Assembly: GCA_013265495.1 (NCBI GenBank)
Contig: MU058844.1
Location: 5,827,260 to 5,891,259 of the forward strand
DNA length: 64,000 nucleotides
Direction: 5' to 3'
Source of the DNA: Vicugna vicugna
Taxonomy: Eukaryota
The notes beneath the pieces were generated by a model. The model ran no database searches and was not told where the DNA came from. It saw only the letters and a program-made list of their open reading frames with translations. This document shows positions 55,468-64,000 of the stretch, piece by piece (the stretch's first letter is position 1; each line of letters opens with the position of its first letter). Both the position numbers and the translations under genes were made by a program.

Positions 55468-56837
55468 ACAGGGCAGTTTGAAGGTTGGCACCATGCTACT
55501 TACAAGGTAGTATACTTTGCACAAGTTACCGTCTCTCACTGTGAGTTAGTTTCCTTATCTATAAGGCAGGATTGCTATTGCAAAAGACTGTTTTGAATAT
55601 TCAAGCTGCATTTTACTGGTGAAATACACAGACTCCTGCCTTTTATGCAGAAGATGTTCTATAAATATTGGCTGTTATTGAGCATCAGTGAGGGCTGATG
55701 GCTTGAGTTTGATGATAGCAGATAACATTAGTTTTTCAGTAGAAGTCAGTGTTGTAAGCCCAGGTATTTCAACAAAACGTGTAAAGCTCTACGTCTCTGA
55801 TAGACTAGTAAAACAGATTTTTCTCGGAAGGAACTTCTTCCAGTATCACACAAATCAAATCATGTAGGTGTCTATATTAAAACAGTAATCTTGGTGTATA
55901 TAAACATTTCCCCATTTTCCAAATGGTGGTTCTGAAATTTTATTCAATTTTGAGTCATGGTGAGAATCAGAGCTTTAAAAAGTGGAAATATTTCCATCAG
56001 AAGACATCTGACGTTTCTCAGAGGTGAGCTGCCATTTCAAAGGGCTGTACTTTATTCTCTCAAAATACCTAATTTCTAATTATAGGTTTTAAGTATCTGA
56101 ATAAAAATTTCGCCAAAATTACTATAAAATGTGTTTCACAATAAAGAAAGCAATTATATTCATGACTTGGAACAATGTACCATATGTTTGAGCAGTAATA
56201 CAGCTTTGATTGGTAGCTTTGATATTGTTTGCATTCTAATTAACATACTAGATAAATTTCAAAATAAAGTTATAAAGTCCAATTATAAATTCCTCTGGTA
56301 CAAGATAATAACAGTGATCAAAGAAAAATGAAAATATATGGCATGTTTCTATGAAAAATTTAAAGATGATTAAAAGAATGAGTTGCCTTTAATTTTCTTT
56401 TTCATCATTTGAGACTAGTTTGTTACCCTTAACTGGATGAATTCTCTTCTCCTTTTGCAAGTTAAAAAAAAAAACTGTGGCTATTATTCAAATATCTATC
56501 TTCTCTAATGGCCATATATGAGAACATTAAGCTGAACACTTTAAACCATATTTCTTATTTCATAAACAAACATTTACAGCAATAGGGCTCATGCATCATT
56601 GTACTTAAGATGCCATTTTTTTCCATAGAAAATATGAATTATGTATCGAGTACTATAGCCTTAATATATTTAGCATAATACTTTAATCACAAAATGTTCT
56701 ATACATAATCATTCACTTAGATTTACTTGATACAATAGCAGGCCTAAGGGGAAAAGAACTTTTTTTCTTACTTTTTCTATGTTATTCAAAACTTGTTTCA
56801 TATGTAATTTGTCTTCCTTCTCAATTCTTTTGCTCAG

Positions 56838-57979
56838 GATTTCTTACAATTGGACTTTCATCAGTGAAACGAAAAAAAGGAAACTATTTACTTGAGACAA
56901 TCAAGTCAATTTTTGAGCAATCGAGCTACGAAGAGTTGAAGGAAATTTCAGTGGTGGTTCACCTAGCAGACTTTAATTCATCTTGGCGTGAGGTCATGGT
57001 CCAGGATATTACACAGAAATTTGCCCACCATATTATTGCAGGAAGATTAATGGTTATACACGCTCCAGAGGAATATTACCCAATCCTGAATGGCCTTAAA
57101 AGAAATTACAATGATCCAGAAGATAGAGTCAGATTTCGTTCCAAGCAAAATGTAGATTATGCATTTTTGATTAATTTCTGTGCCAATATTTCAGACTATT
57201 ATGTAATGCTTGAAGACGATGTTCGGTGTTCAAAAAATTTCTTAACTGCCATCAAGAAAGTCATTACATCCCTAGAAGGAACTTACTGGGTAACCCTGGA
57301 GTTCTCTAAGCTTGGCTATATTGGAAAACTTTATCATTCTCATGATCTCCCACGTTTGGCACATTTTTTATTAATGTTTTATCAAGAAATGCCTTGTGAT
57401 TGGCTATTGTCTCATTTCCGGGGTTTGTTGGCTCAGAAAAATGTGATTCGTTTTAAACCATCTCTCTTTCAGCACATGGGTTATTATTCATCATATAAAG
57501 GAACTGAGAATAAGCTAAAGGATGATGATTTTGAAGAAGAGTTATTTGACATCCCTGACAACCCTCCTGCAAGTCTATACACCAACATGAGTGTTTTTGA
57601 AAATTACGATGCAAGCAAGGCTTACAGTAGTGTTGATGAATACTTCTGGGGGAAATCACCTTCAACAGGTGATGTCTTTGTGATTATATTCGAAAATCCA
57701 ATTATAATTAAAAAAATTAAAGTGAATACTGGAACGGAAGATCGACAAAATGACATTTTGCATCATGGAGCCCTGGATGTTGGGGGAAACATTATACCGT
57801 TCAAACAAAATAGGCAGTGTAGTACTTATGTAAGACTGGGGGAATTCAAAAATGGAAACTTTGAAATATCTGACGTAAATCAAAAAATTCCATTTGATGT
57901 ACATTGTATGAGGATACACGTCACCAAGACACAAAAGGAATGGCTGATTATTAGGAGTATTAGCATCTGGACTTCTTAA
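56838..57979 (+). CDS. MGAT4C: MGAT4C coding exon 3 (GT54 catalytic domain plus C-terminal lectin-like domain)
   Basis: Acceptor ttcttttgctcag|GA at 56837/56838. C+GA gives Arg, then [25 protein letters not shown]...YYVMLEDD...[11 protein letters not shown] and TAA at 57977-57979. Exon lengths 147+148+1142 = 1437 nt = 478 aa plus stop, with no disruptions. Confidence 0.97.
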
Positions 57980-60357
57980 CCAATTAAATCCCCATGTCCA
58001 GTCACTGAAGCAGGTCTTCCTGTTTCCTTCTTTGCTACCTTCCTCTTCTGCTCCCTTTGTCCTTTGGAGGGAAAGCAGTGGATGGGGTATTTTTTTTAAA
58101 AGTCAGTCATTTTGTCAGTTTTGATTTACACATGATCAACATAATGAACTCTAAAAATTAATTACATTTATTTTAATTTCTGTAGTTGAATATCAGTCCA
58201 TAGTTAATGCTACTTTTATTTATGTTTTTAATGTTATCATGTTACTTTGAGAATTTTGAATGAATGTCAAAAAGGGGACGTGAAAATGAAAAAATGTCAT
58301 TTGCTGGATGGTGAATCTTGAAAAATAGTTGCTAATTGTATGCACTTAGTCAAGAATTGATTTCATTATATCGTCAGATAGCTTTTATTAGGCATCTGTG
58401 TGACTGTGCAGTTGATTGGAATTATCTGTATTTTTTTCCTTATAAACTTAGGTTTCCATAGACTTCTCTTCGTCTACAATGAATACCTCCTCATAGAAGT
58501 GATGTCTTTACAACAGAATTTTGTGTAGGTGGGGTGATGGAGAGGGAAAAAAAAAGACTTAAAAAATCTCTCCCCTGATTATTTATATAAAAAGGAGATA
58601 TTGTTCACTGTATAAAAACACTTAATTGAGCACCTGTTGTTAATAAATTTTCTGTGGGAAGCAGGCTTTTTCTGGTTTCCCTTTTGCAAAAAAGAATAGT
58701 TATGCTCAATATTTTCAGATTACATTGGGCACCTGTATTTAATAGAAGCACTTAAAGAAGGCCTATAGTTAGTTCATTCTTACAAACATTTTCAAAATAT
58801 GCAGAAAATTTTTGAAATTGATTTTATATGTTTGTATTAAAATTCATGTGATTGAAGTCCTTGTGATTTAACATATACTTTTTTGGAGTTTAAATTGACA
58901 TCTTATAAAGGAGAAGAGTGAGAAACAGAAATCAGTTGATTTTTCTACACTCAGAGCTAATTCATAGCAAAGCCAGAATGAGAGACCGGATGTTCTGCTC
59001 TCAGATAATACTCTTTCCCTTACGCAGAGATTGCTCTTTACATAATTTGTGCTTTCTGTTCTCTGATACCTGAGTCTTAGATAAGTTACTCTATCTGGAA
59101 ATAGCTGGTATAATTCTTCCATAAGTCATGTTATTCTGTAAAATAATCCTAAAGTGTCCTAAGTGGTGCTCTTGTGACTATGCACCCAAATGGTAGGCAA
59201 ACGACTAAATTTTACTATAAGGGACTGGGCAATAGTGTCCACACCATGGGTCCATTCAAGCAATTCAGGACACCTCAATGCATCCTAAAAACATTGTTTT
59301 CTTTAAGAATGTCCTGAGCTTGTCTCATCCTCTTCTTTTTTAACAAACAGCAAAGATGAAGAGGATTATTATAAAGAGTACTTCACAGATGTTTATGGAG
59401 AGACTCAAATATACTATGTTTATATATATACACACACACATACATGCATATATATTAGTATTCTACACGTATCTTAGAAATTACAAATAACCTTTATTCT
59501 GTACTTTCAATGATAAAAGGTACACTACAAAGACATACTATCAAGACCTAACTACACCCCATGAAGTAAGTTGTAAAATTTGACATATTCAGAGAGTGTT
59601 TCCAAAGACCAGCCATGGACATCAACTTCTGGAAAAATTCTTCAAGAAAGATTGCTGAGGGTAACAGTGACATTGGATGTTTGCTGGAGAATTATAAATG
59701 GAAATGTGATCCAAAGATGTCACGTTGCATCTTAAATCTGATCTGTTCGTTGCTAAAACTGGGTTTGAATAAGCTGGTCTTTCACTTGAGAAACTCTCTT
59801 TCCTTTATCGGTTGACTGTGGGTCAACTTTCAGAGGAAAAGACTTTGACAAAGAAAGCTGCTCCAGTATGGATCAGGGGAACAAGTAACCTTTCTCTTAT
59901 AAAGAGAAAATCTGACCATTCTTTACATGGTTGAATGTTGTAATTCCTATATTTAAAAATCCTGCGTAAGTCTCCAATAATCTTGTTCTGGAAGAACAAA
60001 GCAAAAAAGACAGTTACTAGTTTTAATTATATTCAATCTGTTATTAAGCATTATGTGGTGTCTCGTTTTGCAGTAATTTTTAAAATATATACATTATTTT
60101 CTTTGGTACAAATATCCATTGAAAAAGACTGGAATGTGGCATGAATAGTTGAGTTATTTAATTGCTATGAAAATAATTTGCTGACAGGTTTCAAGCACAA
60201 AATATGGAATGACCATAAATAACATCTCAATTTGTAGACTTCACACTGACTGAAAAATTACTTGTGCTTAAAATTCTTCTTAAGGGAACCTTTTCAGCAT
60301 TTACGGATAACAAAGAAAAGCATCTTGTAAAAGCACAATAAAAATTTGGAAAATAAA
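57980..60357 (+). other. MGAT4C: MGAT4C 3' UTR (extent uncertain) with candidate poly(A) signals
   Basis: AU-rich, repeat-poor sequence after the stop. ATTAAA at 57983-57988; AATAAA at 58642-58647, 60337-60342 and 60352-60357. The real cleavage site cannot be determined from sequence alone. Confidence 0.5.
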
Positions 60358-61214
60358 CATTTTTGGAAAATACACATTTTAGCAGCAATAACAAGCGTGG
60401 ATATAAAAAATTCATACAATTTATTAATGCAAGCACTTTTGCATTCTCATTGAAAAACTCTAACATTGTGCAATTTATAAAGTAGGTATTTTTCCAGTTA
60501 TAAAAATATAATTTGAAACCCAATGTGTCATTTAGAAGTCTTTCTCTCATACAGCTCCACTTATGAGACTGGAATATTCCATTTCTTACTGAGCCAGTAT
60601 TTTTTGGAAGATTTTATAAACCTATCATAGAAAAACCGTGCTGCACAATAATGGTGTAGGAATGAAACAAACATCTATGAATTACAAGATGTGGTAGGGA
60701 GAGCACTTGCTCTCCTAGAAGTCCAGTTGGCACACGTCACTCAGTCTTTGCCGATTTGTCAATATGTCAATTTGTCAATTAGATGACAATGTCGATTTGG
60801 CAGTTAGAACATGGCGTTCAAGATTAGCATTGAAAACGCTGCTCTCGATGTCCTCTAATGGTTGAAGAAACAGTGTAATTCTCTTCTTTAGCCTCATCAC
60901 TATATCCATTAGTACAATCTAAAATTGTACTTATTTTTTATCACCATACTATTGACTAAAAGAGCCCATGCTCAAATTTTATATTTATTACATCATCTGC
61001 TGATAAAACATGATTTGTGATTTTGTACATACATGTTCACTTGATTTTTGACATTTCTTTTAAGATTGAATATTAATTTCCAAAGAATTTCATTTTGTTT
61101 CTTCTGACCCATGATCTCACACTTTCCAGCTCTTGATTTTGTCATTCAATGTTTTAACACAACTTTCCAGATATATGTTACCACAAATGGCTTTTGTCCT
61201 CATAGGAAAGACAA

Positions 61215-61385
61215 CAGAAGGATCATGCAGACCTGAGTCTGAAACCCAGTTCTGCAATTACTAGCCTCCAGATAGAAGGAAAATTATCTCTTTGAACCCA
61301 GTTCCCTCGTCTGAGAAATTGGAATAATTTCACCTTGTAGGATGTTAGCTGGAAATCAGATAATATAAACTCATCACGAAACGTT
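61215..61385 (+). mobile_element. MIR SINE
   Basis: cagacctgagtctgaaacccagttctgcaattactagc...tctctttgaacccagttccctcgtctgagaaattggaataat. Confidence 0.65.
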
Positions 61386-62103
61386 ATGTTTCCTTTCTTT
61401 CTGGCCATGTTACATAGCTGTTAAAGGATATGGCCCTTCAAAACACTACCAGAGGCCTTCATCCTGATCAATAGGGGTCCCAATCTTCACTACCCATTAG
61501 AAATGTTATCCACCCACCTTTTTTGTATTTTGCCCAAAAGAATCTCATGTAGAATTGTGTAAATGCCTTTCTAAATTCAAAGTATATTTTATTTCTATCA
61601 TTCTAATCTATTACTCTATAAACCTTATCCAAAATTTGTAACATTTGCTTGTAAGGGTCCCATTGTAAATATTAATGACCGTTTTGCTCAGAATCTTTAT
61701 TATGTTCATGGAGCTTCAGTTTTCGTAATTTTTTTTTTTTTTTTGAAAACGATAGCCCCCTGTTCTCTGGTAACTTTTCCATTCCTGACAAAATTTATCA
61801 GTGCACTGACATAAATTACTCAGACTTGGAAACAGGCTGCTTATCTCTTTGTCTACCTTGAGTTTCAATGTTCATATTTCTACTGCTTTGAATTTCTTCT
61901 CTGTTCATTTCAGGATTATTCTTGTCAAGAGGGAAAAGGCTGTAACAAATGTAATTTGATTAGTTCTTGCTCTTTGCTTTTCATTTGCTTTTAACATTAT
62001 TTTTTATTTACCCCAAAGAGAAATATCTTTGTATTATCTTTTTCTATGTGCTCCAGAATCATGGCATCATTGCACATATGTGTGTATCTACATCTCTCCC
62101 TCG

Positions 62104-64000
62104 TTTGCTCAGAGATCCACTTTATTCAATTCTGTACATACAGAGACATGAACCCAAGCCCAACCCACCTTAGCAGGTGTCACCCCGGAGAGAATAAAGT
62201 ACCTTTTCTACCCAGCCAAAAGCTGCACTGCCTGTGCCCCAGAACCTGGATCTGGTCCTCCCCAGCTCCTTGCCCTTTCAAGGTGCCTGAAAGGGACAAG
62301 GGAGGGACTGCCCGCCCTGCTCACCGTCATCACAAACAAGGAAATAAGTAGGTGTAGGGGGAGCCATGCTTAGGGCACTGCTCCCTGCTTCCTTCCTCCT
62401 CGCTTTGGAACCACCATCACAGGAAAGCAGCCAGTCCCAGGGAGGCCCCTTCCATGTCAGTGATCCCAGGGCGGCTGCTCACCACAGAGGGGACAGGGAG
62501 TAGGGCGTGTGTTCCTCCCCCTCCCCTGGCCCTCTGGGCCCTGTATTCATCTCCTATTGTCCGGAGCCTCTGCGTTTCTCCTGCCTCCCACGCTGCCTTG
62601 GTCAGCAGGAAGTAAGAGGAATACTGCAGCCCCGTTAGCCTGCACACTGCGGGGGCTGGGGGCCTGTTTGTGCTCTTGAGGGTGGCTCTCCTCCAACTAA
62701 CTGGCTCCAGGGGCCAGTGGGGCTTGACAGTAACTGTGGTGAGAATCATCTGCTGCTGCTGTTTATATGCCTGCAGGGGAGGGGGAGAGACACCCGGAGT
62801 TCAAATGAGGCTGCAGGGCAGAGGGGAGAAGCGTGTGTATTCCTGGGTGTATTTCTCAGAGCAGCCTCAGGTAGCTGCAGGGGGAGGAGCAGGAGGGGAC
62901 CAGGCATCCCAAGTGGTCTGAGCATTGAGCATCGCGGTGCTCAGCCTGTCTGTACCAACCGGCACGGACATATCTGGGGAAGAAGGGGGGCCACTCTGTG
63001 GGTGTCCCTGCTTCAAGTGCCATACCCCTCTCCCTAGAGGAGAGAGGCACTGCCTTGGCCCCACGCGAGCCAGTGGGGAGCAGAGGGTGGAGGGCGAGGG
63101 CAGGGTCTCGCAGGGTCCCACCCTCCTGCGGCAGGAAGGTGAAGAGGTCCGAGAGCCTCCTGGCTGGCAGTTAGACTGTCTTCCGCTGGCTTGTGCACCT
63201 CCAGTGCCGTGATGATGTACCCGTCCAGGGGCAGCCCTGACTGCCGCCGAAGCAGCACCTTCTCCTTCTCCATGTCCTTCAGGATCTGCACGGCCTCTGT
63301 CTCCACCGTCCTCTTCAGAAGCTGGATGTTCTCTGCTGCGGGGGGTCTCAGTTTCCATCAAGTACACAGGAGGCAGTGGTGGAGGAGCTCGGAACATGGG
63401 ACACTGGGGATCAATATTTTGCCACATCTGTTCTCTTTCCTTCATTCAGAACCGGTCCTTCTGTTTCTCTGCCTTGTACTCTTCGGTACAGTCATGAAAA
63501 AGCTTCTGACTCATCTCCATAAACAGCTTCAGCACGTTGTAGGTCAGCCCACAGATTGTCTTGTTCCAGTGGCTCTTGAAGTTCCTGTAGAGGACAAGGA
63601 AAATGATGGGGAGGACCTGGGCAGGACTGTCACTTACCAGGCTCATGATGTACTCATTGTTCTAATAATAAACAGCACATTCTGCCACCTGGAAATGGGG
63701 ACTGGAGACACACTTGGCAAGCTGGCAGAAGAGTGGTTCTATCACTTTGCTGGACTCTGAATGTTCAGTGGCATCCAGAATCTCTTCTAGCTCATTTAGG
63801 AACATCTCCTCCTTGGGGCTGTGGGTGTTGGGCCAGAACTTGAGAAGTCCCACAATCACCAGCTCAGTGAGGCTACTTTCCTTCTCCAGGAACTGTACCA
63901 GGCAGTATGCCACCTGAGGGTGACAGACACTCAGGGACTTGACCTTGTGAAGGGGAGCAGGACACAGATGAGGAACATCTTGCGCTCCTCCTTCGGGAGA
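62104..64000 (-). pseudogene. PPP2R5D: Processed (intronless) pseudogene of PPP2R5D (PP2A B56-delta): 3' part of CDS plus about 1 kb of 3' UTR; continues beyond the window
   Basis: Minus-strand translation gives [88 protein letters not shown], with a delta-type C-terminus and no introns. Lesions: -1 frameshift near 63952-63955, TAG at 63662-63664, TGA at 63446-63448, about 18-nt in-frame deletion near 63410, +1 frameshift in the G6 run 63340-63345, and native stop changed to GGA at 63148-63150. Minus-strand AATAAA at 62121-62126. Abruptly GC-richer than the flank. Confidence 0.93.

Noticed and set aside
56864..57979. 371-aa ORF as a stand-alone single-exon gene
   Set aside because: The predicted start is an internal GTG (Val). 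The true exon begins at the 56838 acceptor and joins two upstream exons in frame.
62867..63445. 192-aa minus-strand ORF as a new protein
   Set aside because: It follows a nonsense codon, matches PPP2R5D only up to the frameshift at about 63340, and then runs out of frame through GC-rich UTR.
63191..63760. 189-aa plus-strand ORF
   Set aside because: Antisense shadow of GC-rich coding-derived sequence, with no recognisable product.
1..64000. A novel multi-gene or prokaryote-type system, endogenous viral gene or NUMT
   Set aside because: The only coding signals I found are MGAT4C and the PPP2R5D retrocopy. I saw no viral, transposase or mitochondrial reading frames, though very degraded ones could be missed without TBLASTX or HMM searches.

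Overview
AT-rich mammalian genomic DNA, probably from a camelid (camel/alpaca/llama), judging by a tRNA-derived vic-1-like SINE at 34269-34374. The + strand carries the complete, intact coding region of MGAT4C (GnT-IVc family glycosyltransferase) in three exons (50026-50172, 54174-54321, 56838-57979). These join in frame to 478 codons plus a stop. About 50 kb upstream is presumed 5' intron filled with old repeats (MLT1/MLT2/MER21 LTRs, L1, L2, MIR, hAT and Tigger elements). The right end (about 62104 to beyond 64000, - strand) is a disabled processed pseudogene of PPP2R5D facing MGAT4C. I see no prokaryote-type or clearly new multi-gene system. The most interesting observations are retrotransposition products: (1) the PPP2R5D retrocopy appears to have imported the MEA1 poly(A) signal in MGAT4C's orientation; (2) a probable L1 3' transduction with TSD and endonuclease site at 21813-22091; (3) a fold-back, tail-less L1 insertion forming a 45-bp hairpin in the last MGAT4C intron. 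There is also a candidate internal promoter at about 42.9-43.2 kb. Gene and repeat family names come from my recall of consensus sequences, not from database searches, and repeat boundaries are approximate.
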